The notes: a model not told the origin generated them from the letters alone. Counted from the stretch's first letter, positions 20,590 to 28,566 are shown. The stretch: DNA of 32,000 bases from Nonlabens ponticola (GCF_003966335.1 NZ_CP034549.1:2730001-2762000); one strand, 5' to 3'. Numbers and translations: made by a program.

Positions 20590-22194
20590 ATGAAAAACTA
20601 TAAATTATTAATATTAGGTTTCCTAGGCCTTGCCGTACTTACTGCAAGTTGTGAGGATGCCATTGACATTATACAGCCAGGAGAACTACCTGCTGAGAAC
20701 GCTGTATTGAATCTTGACGATTTAGAGAGTGTAACTATCGCAACTTATGCCTTGCTAGATCTCTCAGGAGAGATAGGTTGGACATCAGCCTTTACCGATG
20801 AGATTACAAGAGCACTCTCATGGGGTGGACAGTGGAATCAAGAACTGGATTTTCAACTTGATGCTGCAAGTGCAGCCTCAAGTGAATTCTGGCTCACTAA
20901 CTATAGAACGATCAATCAGGTGAACAGATCCCTCGTACAGGCAGAGACCTTGAGAGAAACTGTATTAGGTGGTTCTGATGACGATGATGATTCTGACGAT
21001 GATGATGATGACGATGACGTAGATTTTGATGATGACAGGTATAATGACCTAGTCGCTCAACTGAGAGTTTTAAGAGCTTACTCTTACTTCCAGTTGCTAA
21101 ACTTCTACTCTACTGACTTGATGGACGACAGCGCCTTGGGTGTGCCGCTCATTGACTTTGTTCCTGAACTTGACGTACAACTATTGAGAAGTACTAACGG
21201 CGAAGTATTTGGTCTTATAGAGTCTGACCTTGATTATGCCGATGAGAATCTTCAAACTGAATTTAGTACGACCTTTATCAGTACAGATATGGTACAAGCC
21301 CTAAGAGCTCGTATCGCTAATGAAAGAGGTGACTATGAAGAAGCTGAAGATCTAGCTACTGAACTTCTTGACATCTACGGTCTTGCTGATTCAGATGACT
21401 ATCCTAGCATCTTTACCGACGCAAGCAATGAAGAAATCATCTTTAAGCTGGAAAGAGCTAACGGTGGTGGCGCTCCTTATGATCAACAAGGTGCTACTGG
21501 TAGCGCTTTTGCTGGTGGATGGGTTGGAGCCAACTATGCTTTTGGTGGACCTGGTCGTGGTGGATCTCCTTACATGGAGGTGGATCGTAACCTTTTCAAC
21601 CTAGTCAACAATGAAGATGATACTAGTGAGGATGTACGTCGTGGATTGATCATCGATGAGGCAACTTCTCTCATTGATGAAGATTTCCCTGATGTAGGAT
21701 TTGATTACCGTGAATCTGACCAATTGATCGTTAACAAGTATAGAGGATCAGAAGGACAGCCACTCATGAATGACATCAAAGTATTCAGATCTTCTGAGAT
21801 GTTGTTTATCGCTGCTGAGGCACACGTAGCTCAAGGTGAGCTTGACGATGCTGAAGAGTTGATAGAAGATCTTCTTGATGCAAGGATTGATGACTTTGAC
21901 GATGACGGAGCTGACCTATTTGAGGCTGATGTAGAATTTGACGATGCAGAAGAAGCTTATCAAGTGATCCTTGAGCAAAGACGTATCGAACTGGCTTTTG
22001 AAGGACACAGATGGAAAGACATCAAAAGATTGGGACAAAGAGCAAACAGAGGTGTTGATAGAAACCCTCTAGACTGCGAATTCAATGGTGCATGTACTTT
22101 ATCGCCTGACAGCTTTAAATTCACTTTGCCTCTACCAATCGCAGAATTTAATGCTAACCCAGGTATCAGAGAACAACAAAACCCTGGTTACTAA
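20590..22194 (+). CDS. SusD/RagB family nutrient-binding outer membrane lipoprotein, copy 1
   Basis: 534 aa. It has a lipoprotein signal (LTASC) and the SusD-family C-terminal signature EQRRIELAFEGHRWKDIKRLG. It lies immediately downstream of the SusC-like gene. Confidence 0.92.
   Translation: MKNYKLLILGFLGLAVLTASCEDAIDIIQPGELPAENAVLNLDDLESVTIATYALLDLSGEIGWTSAFTDEITRALSWGGQWNQELDFQLDAASAASSEFWLTNYRTINQVNRSLVQAETLRETVLGGSDDDDDSDDDDDDDDVDFDDDRYNDLVAQLRVLRAYSYFQLLNFYSTDLMDDSALGVPLIDFVPELDVQLLRSTNGEVFGLIESDLDYADENLQTEFSTTFISTDMVQALRARIANERGDYEEAEDLATELLDIYGLADSDDYPSIFTDASNEEIIFKLERANGGGAPYDQQGATGSAFAGGWVGANYAFGGPGRGGSPYMEVDRNLFNLVNNEDDTSEDVRRGLIIDEATSLIDEDFPDVGFDYRESDQLIVNKYRGSEGQPLMNDIKVFRSSEMLFIAAEAHVAQGELDDAEELIEDLLDARIDDFDDDGADLFEADVEFDDAEEAYQVILEQRRIELAFEGHRWKDIKRLGQRANRGVDRNPLDCEFNGACTLSPDSFKFTLPLPIAEFNANPGIREQQNPGY
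20977..21036 (+). repeat. (GAY)n low-complexity tract encoding DDDDDSDDDDDDDDVDFDDD. An identical tract lies at 23562-23621.
   Basis: Read directly. 17 of 20 codons are GAT or GAC, at aa 130-149 of the SusD-like protein. Confidence 0.95.
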
Positions 22195-22215
22195 TCCTAA
22201 AATAAAATTAATACA

Positions 22216-23058
22216 ATGAAAAAATATCTAATACTTGGCGCACTAGCCATCACAAGCCTAATAGGCTGTGACAAGGATGACGAGCTAAGGGTCTTTGACG
22301 CTGAGGGCGGACAGACACTTATAGGCTTTGTCAACGAATCAGAAGATCTAAGAATCGTTGAAAACGGAACTGGAACTCTAAGAATTCCAGTAAATGTTAG
22401 CACCGTTTCTGATCAGGATAGAACTTTCAACATCTCACTCAACGATGATTCTGATGCTCTTGAAGACTCTTATGACCTGCCGGATACCTTTACCGTACCA
22501 GCTGGTGAGTACACAGGCTTTATTGAGATCAATGGAGTGGATGAGGATGTAGAGGTAGATCCTAGAGGTATCATCATTGACCTTGTTGGAAATGGTGACG
22601 ATGTAGTTGTAGAAGATGATAACAGCCAGGTGGTCGTTAGAGTATTCCAAGTGTGTCCGGTACCTGAAGACTACCTTGTGGGTAGTTACTCATTTGAAAA
22701 TGGTGTTACCGTGACTGGACCAACCTTTGGAGATCAAAACTTCAATGAAGGTGATGTTGAGATAACTATAGGCCCTGCTGAGACCCAGCGTACCTTCACT
22801 AGACAACTGCTTCCTGCAAATGGTGGCAACATGCAAAGTGTGGTTATCGATCTAGGTTGTGAAAGCGCTCTTAGGTTTGGTACAACACTAGCCACTGGTT
22901 TTACTAACCTAATCTACGTACCAAATCCAAATAGCACCGCTACTTACGATCTGGATGACGATGAGGAGTTCACCGTTGACTACATAGAGAACCCTAACAA
23001 TGCTTTTGCTCCTACTTCTGGAGTAGCAACGTTTGAAATTGAAAAAAATGATGACTAG
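22216..23058 (+). CDS. Acidic surface lipoprotein of unknown function (SusE/F-position accessory protein), copy 1
   Basis: 280 aa with lipobox SLIGC. It sits directly after the susD-like gene and no family could be recognised by eye. Confidence 0.8.
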   Translation: MKKYLILGALAITSLIGCDKDDELRVFDAEGGQTLIGFVNESEDLRIVENGTGTLRIPVNVSTVSDQDRTFNISLNDDSDALEDSYDLPDTFTVPAGEYTGFIEINGVDEDVEVDPRGIIIDLVGNGDDVVVEDDNSQVVVRVFQVCPVPEDYLVGSYSFENGVTVTGPTFGDQNFNEGDVEITIGPAETQRTFTRQLLPANGGNMQSVVIDLGCESALRFGTTLATGFTNLIYVPNPNSTATYDLDDDEEFTVDYIENPNNAFAPTSGVATFEIEKNDD

Positions 23059-23085
23059 GTAACAACCTCAAATCATTACACAATC

Positions 23086-23117
23086 AAGCCCTTGATATCA
23101 TCAAGGGCTTTTTTATT
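23086..23117 (+). terminator. Rho-independent terminator after lipoprotein copy 1
   Basis: AAGCCCTTGAT-ATC-ATCAAGGGCTT (11-bp arms) followed by a T-run (TTTTTTATT). Confidence 0.75.
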
Positions 23118-23174
23118 GATTCAAACGCAACCTTTATGACAATCACGCATCTATAAGGAAATAAACCTTTAAAA

Positions 23175-24779
23175 ATGAAAAACTATAAATTATTAATATT
23201 AGGTTTCCTAGGCCTTGCCGTACTTACTGCAAGTTGTGAGGATGCCATTGACATTATACAGCCAGGAGAACTACCTGCTGAGAACGCTGTATTGAATCTT
23301 GACGATTTAGAGAGTGTAACTATCGCAACTTATGCCTTGCTAGATCTCTCAGGAGAGATAGGTTGGACATCAGCCTTTACCGATGAGATTACAAGAGCAC
23401 TCTCATGGGGTGGACAGTGGAATCAAGAACTGGATTTTCAACTTGATGCTGCAAGTGCAGCCTCAAGTGAATTCTGGCTCACTAACTATAGAACGATCAA
23501 TCAGGTGAACAGATCCCTCGTACAGGCAGAGACCTTGAGAGAAACTGTATTAGGTGGTTCTGATGACGATGATGATTCTGACGATGATGATGATGACGAT
23601 GACGTAGATTTTGATGATGACAGGTATAATGACCTAGTCGCTCAACTGAGAGTTTTAAGAGCTTACTCTTACTTCCAGTTGCTAAACTTCTACTCTACTG
23701 ACTTGATGGACGACAGCGCCTTGGGTGTGCCGCTCATTGACTTTGTTCCTGAACTTGACGTACAACTATTGAGAAGTACTAACGGCGAAGTATTTGGTCT
23801 TATAGAGTCTGACCTTGATTATGCCGATGAGAATCTTCAAACTGAATTTAGTACGACCTTTATCAGTACAGATATGGTACAAGCCCTAAGAGCTCGTATC
23901 GCTAATGAAAGAGGTGACTATGAAGAAGCTGAAGATCTAGCTACTGAACTTCTTGACATCTACGGTCTTGCTGATTCAGATGACTATCCTAGCATCTTTA
24001 CCGACGCAAGCAATGAAGAAATCATCTTTAAGCTGGAAAGAGCTAACGGTGGTGGCGCTCCTTATGATCAACAAGGTGCTACTGGTAGCGCTTTTGCTGG
24101 TGGATGGGTTGGAGCCAACTATGCTTTTGGTGGACCTGGTCGTGGTGGATCTCCTTACATGGAGGTGGATCGTAACCTTTTCAACCTAGTCAACAATGAA
24201 GATGATACTAGTGAGGATGTACGTCGTGGATTGATCATCGATGAGGCAACTTCTCTCATTGATGAAGATTTCCCTGATGTAGGATTTGATTACCGTGAAT
24301 CTGACCAATTGATCGTTAACAAGTATAGAGGATCAGAAGGACAGCCACTCATGAATGACATCAAAGTATTCAGATCTTCTGAGATGTTGTTTATCGCTGC
24401 TGAGGCACACGTAGCTCAAGGTGAGCTTGACGATGCTGAAGAGTTGATAGAAGATCTTCTTGATGCAAGGATTGATGACTTTGACGATGACGGAGCTGAC
24501 CTATTTGAGGCTGATGTAGAATTTGACGATGCAGAAGAAGCTTATCAAGTGATCCTTGAGCAAAGACGTATCGAACTGGCTTTTGAAGGACACAGATGGA
24601 AAGACATCAAAAGATTGGGACAAAGAGCAAACAGAGGTGTTGATAGAAACCCTCTAGACTGCGAATTCAATGGTGCATGTACTTTATCGCCTGACAGCTT
24701 TAAATTCACTTTGCCTCTACCAATCGCAGAATTTAATGCTAACCCAGGTATCAGAGAACAACAAAACCCTGGTTACTAA
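23175..24779 (+). CDS. SusD/RagB family lipoprotein, copy 2 (nucleotide-identical to copy 1)
   Basis: The 534-aa ORF is identical to 20590-22194 at every line I compared. Confidence 0.9.
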   Translation: MKNYKLLILGFLGLAVLTASCEDAIDIIQPGELPAENAVLNLDDLESVTIATYALLDLSGEIGWTSAFTDEITRALSWGGQWNQELDFQLDAASAASSEFWLTNYRTINQVNRSLVQAETLRETVLGGSDDDDDSDDDDDDDDVDFDDDRYNDLVAQLRVLRAYSYFQLLNFYSTDLMDDSALGVPLIDFVPELDVQLLRSTNGEVFGLIESDLDYADENLQTEFSTTFISTDMVQALRARIANERGDYEEAEDLATELLDIYGLADSDDYPSIFTDASNEEIIFKLERANGGGAPYDQQGATGSAFAGGWVGANYAFGGPGRGGSPYMEVDRNLFNLVNNEDDTSEDVRRGLIIDEATSLIDEDFPDVGFDYRESDQLIVNKYRGSEGQPLMNDIKVFRSSEMLFIAAEAHVAQGELDDAEELIEDLLDARIDDFDDDGADLFEADVEFDDAEEAYQVILEQRRIELAFEGHRWKDIKRLGQRANRGVDRNPLDCEFNGACTLSPDSFKFTLPLPIAEFNANPGIREQQNPGY

Positions 24780-24800
24780 TCCTAAAATAAAATTAATACA

Positions 24801-25643
24801 ATGAAAAAATATCTAATACTTGGCGCACTAGCCATCACAAGCCTAATAGGCTGTGACAAGGATGACGAGCTAAGGGTCTTTGACGCTGAGGGCGGACAGA
24901 CACTTATAGGCTTTGTCAACGAATCAGAAGATCTAAGAATCGTTGAAAACGGAACTGGAACTCTAAGAATTCCAGTAAATGTTAGCACCGTTTCTGATCA
25001 GGATAGAACTTTCAACATCTCACTCAACGACGATTCTGATGCTCTTGAAGACTCGTATGACCTGCCGGATACCTTTACCGTACCAGCTGGTGAGTACACA
25101 GGCTTTATTGAGATCAATGGAGTGGATGAGGATGTAGAGGTAGATCCTAGAGGTATCATCATTGACCTTGTTGGAAATGGTGACGATGTAATTGTAGAAG
25201 ACGATAACAGCCAGGTGGTCGTTAGAGTATTCCAAGTGTGTCCGGTACCTGAAGATTACCTTGTAGGTAGCTACTCATTTGAAAATGGGATCACCGTGAC
25301 TGGACCAACCTTTGGAGATCAAAACTTCGATGAAGGTGATGTTGAGATAACTATAGGCCCTGCTGAGACCCAGCGTACCTTCACTAGACAACTGCTTCCT
25401 GCAAATGGTGGTAACGTGCAAAGTGTGGTTATCGATCTAGGTTGTGAGAGCGCTCTTAGGTTTGGTACAACACTAGCCACTGGTTTTACTAACCTAATCT
25501 ACGTACCAAATCCGAATAGCACAGCTACTTATGATCTGGATGACGATGAGGAGTTCACCGTGGACTACATCGAGAACCCAAACAATGCTTTTGCTCCTAC
25601 TTCTGGTGTGGCAACGTTTGAAATTGAAAAAAATGATGACTAG
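24801..25643 (+). CDS. Acidic surface lipoprotein, copy 2 (4 aa differences from copy 1)
   Basis: 280-aa ORF. It differs from copy 1 by V131I, V164I, N177D and M206V plus 18 synonymous changes. Confidence 0.8.
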   Translation: MKKYLILGALAITSLIGCDKDDELRVFDAEGGQTLIGFVNESEDLRIVENGTGTLRIPVNVSTVSDQDRTFNISLNDDSDALEDSYDLPDTFTVPAGEYTGFIEINGVDEDVEVDPRGIIIDLVGNGDDVIVEDDNSQVVVRVFQVCPVPEDYLVGSYSFENGITVTGPTFGDQNFDEGDVEITIGPAETQRTFTRQLLPANGGNVQSVVIDLGCESALRFGTTLATGFTNLIYVPNPNSTATYDLDDDEEFTVDYIENPNNAFAPTSGVATFEIEKNDD

Positions 25644-25670
25644 GTAACAACCTCAAATCATTACACAATC

Positions 25671-25702
25671 AAGCCCTTGATATCATCAAGGGCTTTTTTA
25701 TT
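25671..25702 (+). terminator. Rho-independent terminator after lipoprotein copy 2
   Basis: Same hairpin and T-run as 23086-23117. Confidence 0.75.
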
Positions 25703-25742
25703 GATTCAAACGCAACCTTAGTATCACGATAGATACTATTCA

Positions 25743-25750
25743 TATCTTTG
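25743..25750 (+). promoter_or_regulatory. Candidate -7 box (TATCTTTG) for rlmB
   Basis: A perfect TAnnTTTG that ends 4 nt before the rlmB ATG. No clear -33 TTG lies at the expected spacing. Confidence 0.3.
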
Positions 25751-25754
25751 CATC

Positions 25755-26489
25755 ATGAGCAAGGAACAACAAATTCACGGACTAAGACCGATTATAGAAG
25801 CTATTGAAAATGGCGAAGAAATTTCCAAAATATACTTCCTGAAAGAAGGAAACGGTGTGCTTTTCAATGAACTCAAGCATAAAGCAAAACAAGCAAACAT
25901 AGCTACTTCTTATGTTCCTGAAGAAAAGCTCTACAAACTCACAAAAGAAAACCATCAAGGCGCAGTAGCTAAATTATCACCAGTAAAGTTTGCTGACCTA
26001 GAAATCATTCTAGAAACAACTGATATGACAGCTAATCCAATATTCTTGTTACTCGATGGAATAACAGATGTTGGCAACTACGGTGCTATCATTAGAACGG
26101 CAGAATGCACCGGTGTGACAGCGATTGTGGTATCAGAAAAAGGCTCTGCTCCCATCAACGCTACGACTGTTAAGACAAGCGCTGGCGCTGTATTTAATAT
26201 ACCTATCTGTAAAGTAAATCACCTCAAGGATGCGATCTACCTAATGCAAGCATATGATATAGCTCTAGTTGGTGCTAATGAAAAAGCCAGTGAAAGCGTT
26301 TTTGAATCTGAACTAAATAAACCTATAGGTATTATCATGGGTAGCGAGGATCGAGGTATCAATCCATCGACCCTAAAAATTTTGGATCAGCAAATAAAAC
26401 TTCCCTTAAAGGGTACCATAGGGTCACTTAATGTATCGGTTGCTTGTGGAGCGATTTTATTTGAAGCAATACGACAAAGAATGTTTTGA
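25755..26489 (+). CDS. rlmB: 23S rRNA (guanosine-2'-O)-methyltransferase, SpoU/TrmH family (RlmB-like)
   Basis: 244 aa with an N-terminal substrate-binding domain and SpoU methylase motifs (DGITDVGNYGAIIRTAE, IIMGSEDRGI, SLNVSVACGAILFE). Confidence 0.85.
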   Translation: MSKEQQIHGLRPIIEAIENGEEISKIYFLKEGNGVLFNELKHKAKQANIATSYVPEEKLYKLTKENHQGAVAKLSPVKFADLEIILETTDMTANPIFLLLDGITDVGNYGAIIRTAECTGVTAIVVSEKGSAPINATTVKTSAGAVFNIPICKVNHLKDAIYLMQAYDIALVGANEKASESVFESELNKPIGIIMGSEDRGINPSTLKILDQQIKLPLKGTIGSLNVSVACGAILFEAIRQRMF

Positions 26490-26492
26490 TTA

Positions 26493-27167
26493 CTATTCTT
26501 CTTCATCTATTAGGAATGGAGCAAAATCTCCATTCTCATCAAATTGCTGTAAAAACCAATCTTCTTGTTCTGTTCCACGTATAGTTTTTGGGATTTTAGC
26601 TTTCACTTCCAAATCGGTTGTATTTATAACCATGGCTAGTATTATGCCTGCAATCGCTCCGGCCAGATGGCCTTCCCAAGAAATAGCATTATCTATAGGG
26701 AACACATACCACACCAGCGACCCATAAAAGAAAACGACTGCAAAACTCAAAGCGACTAATTCCTTTGATTTTTTGATCACTCCTTTACTGATAAGAAAAC
26801 TTGCTAAAAAATAGATCAGTCCACTCGCTCCTATATGATAAGACTCTCTACCTATAAGCCATGTCATAAATCCTGAGAGTAAAACTGCCAACATAAAAAT
26901 TCTACCAGCCTCGTACCTGAAGAAATAGAACAACGCTATTCCCAAAAGTAAAATAGGTGGCGTGTTACTCCATAAGTGGTTCAAATCAGCATGTAAAAAA
27001 GGGCTGCATACGATTCCTATGAGCCCAGAAAACGCTCTAGGCATGATGCCATACTCATTGAGGTTTAAGCGGGTATGAGTATTTAGCCAGAAGCTAATCC
27101 ACATCGACAATACCAATAAAACGGGTACACCATATGTGTAAATATCAAATTTATAACTTCGGGACAT
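26493..27167 (-). CDS. Rhomboid family intramembrane serine protease
   Basis: 224-aa polytopic protein with HADLNHLWSN, a catalytic GxSG (GASGLIY) and a catalytic His (HLAGAIAG). Confidence 0.85.
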   Translation of the reverse strand: MSRSYKFDIYTYGVPVLLVLSMWISFWLNTHTRLNLNEYGIMPRAFSGLIGIVCSPFLHADLNHLWSNTPPILLLGIALFYFFRYEAGRIFMLAVLLSGFMTWLIGRESYHIGASGLIYFLASFLISKGVIKKSKELVALSFAVVFFYGSLVWYVFPIDNAISWEGHLAGAIAGIILAMVINTTDLEVKAKIPKTIRGTEQEDWFLQQFDENGDFAPFLIDEEE

Positions 27168-27258
27168 GAAGGTTCATTTTCAATTACCAAGCCTAGTTAG
27201 TCAATAGCAACAAATTGTCATGAAAGCGTTTTTGAGCCAAAGCACATGAAATACTATG

Positions 27259-27266
27259 TAAATTTG
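27259..27266 (+). promoter_or_regulatory. Candidate -7 box (TAAATTTG) for rarA
   Basis: A perfect TAnnTTTG that ends 4 nt before the rarA ATG. The nearest upstream TTG is 24 nt away, which is longer than typical. Confidence 0.3.
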
Positions 27267-27270
27267 TTAC

Positions 27271-28566
27271 ATGGAAAACACGACTCCACTTGCTGAACGT
27301 ATAAGGCCTCATACACTAGATCAATATTTGAGTCAAAGCCATCTTGTAGGTGAGAAAGGCTCGCTGCGCAACCATATTGTCAATGGTACCGTACCATCTC
27401 TCATACTTTGGGGTCCACCAGGTACGGGCAAGACCACGCTAGCTAATATTATTGCTCAAGAAAGTGGAAGACCCTTTTACACTCTTAGTGCTATCAATAG
27501 CGGCGTTAAAGATATACGCGAGGTGATTGAAAAGGCAAAAACCTCAGGTGGTATGTTTACTGCCAAAAACCCTATTCTTTTCATTGATGAGATTCACCGA
27601 TTTAGCAAGAGTCAACAAGACTCGCTGTTAGGCGCTGTTGAAAAAGGATGGGTGACCTTGATAGGAGCTACCACAGAGAATCCCAGTTTTGAAGTTATTC
27701 CTGCCCTACTCTCTCGATGCCAAGTTTACGTACTTGACGCATTCTCAAAAGATGATCTTATCAATCTACTCAAGAGAGCAATGACAACAGACAAAATGCT
27801 TCATAGCAAAAGCATTGACCTAAAGGAAACTAATGCGCTACTGCGCATAAGCGGTGGTGATGCCAGAAAGCTTCTTAATGTGTTTGAATTAGTTGTCAAC
27901 TCACAGATCGATAATCATATAACGATCACTAATGAATTAGTCCTCGCTCAAGTGCAAAGCAATACTGCGAGATACGATAAGACTGGTGAACAGCATTACG
28001 ATATCATAAGTGCGTTTATCAAGTCACTAAGAGGTAGTGATCCCAATGCTGCAGTTTATTGGCTCGCTAGAATGATAGAAGGTGGCGAGGATTTGAAATT
28101 TATTGCTCGTCGCATGATCATACTAGCTAGCGAGGATATAGGTAATGCAAATCCTACTGCATTGATTATGGCAAATAACTGTTTCCAGGCAGTTTCAACG
28201 ATAGGTTATCCTGAATCTCGTATCATTTTAAGTCAATGCGCTATTTATCTGGCGACATCTATTAAAAGTAATGCGAGTTATAAAGCGATAGGAGCAGCTC
28301 AACAATTGGTGAAAACTACCGGTGACCTATCGGTGCCTTTAGGGCTGCGCAACGCGCCTACTAAGCTTATGAAAGAATTGGGCTATGGTGATGAATATAA
28401 ATATGCACATGATTATCCGGGTAATTTTGCGGTATATGATTTCCTACCTGAAGAAATAAGTAAAACCACTATCTACAAACCAGGTAATAATCCGCGTGAA
28501 AATTCACAGAAAGACTTTTTAAAAAAACGATGGAAAGATCACTACGATTACGATAACAACTCTTGA
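27271..28566 (+). CDS. rarA: Replication-associated recombination protein A (AAA+ ATPase)
   Basis: 431 aa with [14 protein letters not shown], Walker [10 protein letters not shown], Walker B FIDEIHRF, and a MgsA C-terminal domain. Confidence 0.93.
   Translation: MENTTPLAERIRPHTLDQYLSQSHLVGEKGSLRNHIVNGTVPSLILWGPPGTGKTTLANIIAQESGRPFYTLSAINSGVKDIREVIEKAKTSGGMFTAKNPILFIDEIHRFSKSQQDSLLGAVEKGWVTLIGATTENPSFEVIPALLSRCQVYVLDAFSKDDLINLLKRAMTTDKMLHSKSIDLKETNALLRISGGDARKLLNVFELVVNSQIDNHITITNELVLAQVQSNTARYDKTGEQHYDIISAFIKSLRGSDPNAAVYWLARMIEGGEDLKFIARRMIILASEDIGNANPTALIMANNCFQAVSTIGYPESRIILSQCAIYLATSIKSNASYKAIGAAQQLVKTTGDLSVPLGLRNAPTKLMKELGYGDEYKYAHDYPGNFAVYDFLPEEISKTTIYKPGNNPRENSQKDFLKKRWKDHYDYDNNS

Larger units (their letters stand above)
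20587..23134 (+). repeat. Direct repeat copy 1 (2,548 bp: susD-like gene, lipoprotein gene and terminator)
   Basis: Base-by-base comparison with 23172-25719 (offset 2,585). Identity starts 3 nt before the ATG and ends at ...AAACGCAACCTT. Confidence 0.95.
23172..25719 (+). repeat. Direct repeat copy 2 (2,548 bp)
   Basis: Compared with copy 1 by hand. There are 0 differences over the first 1,859 bp, 22 substitutions in the next 580 bp, and 0 in the last 109 bp. Confidence 0.95.

Noticed and set aside
17030-25235. Overlapping or antisense ORFs in the accessory region: 17030-17227, 17218-17469, 18862-19080, 21368-21604 with its copy at 23953-24189, 22197-22403 with its copy at 24782-24988, and 22435-22650 with its copy at 25020-25235.
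   Set aside because: They sit inside or antisense to the OMP, SusC-like, SusD-like and lipoprotein genes and have no start context or motifs. Their duplication merely reflects the 2.5-kb repeat. They were useful only as an independent check of nucleotide identity.
26291-26305. 15-nt exact repeat TGAAAGCGTTTTTGA at 26291-26305 (in rlmB) and 27221-27235 (rhomboid/rarA intergenic). It contains the half-site GAAAGCGT of the palindrome.
   Set aside because: About one to two exact 15-mer repeats are expected by chance among all pairs in 64 kb of two-strand, AT-rich sequence. There is no second half-site or dyad partner nearby. It is worth a glance only if a genome-wide search shows the half-site is enriched.
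28548-28566. 19-nt convergent overlap of the rarA and HAD gene 3' ends. Also the 3-nt gap between the convergent rlmB and rhomboid genes at 26490-26492.
   Set aside because: Compact convergent gene ends are common in streamlined Flavobacteriia genomes. No hairpin or extra ORF is hidden there.
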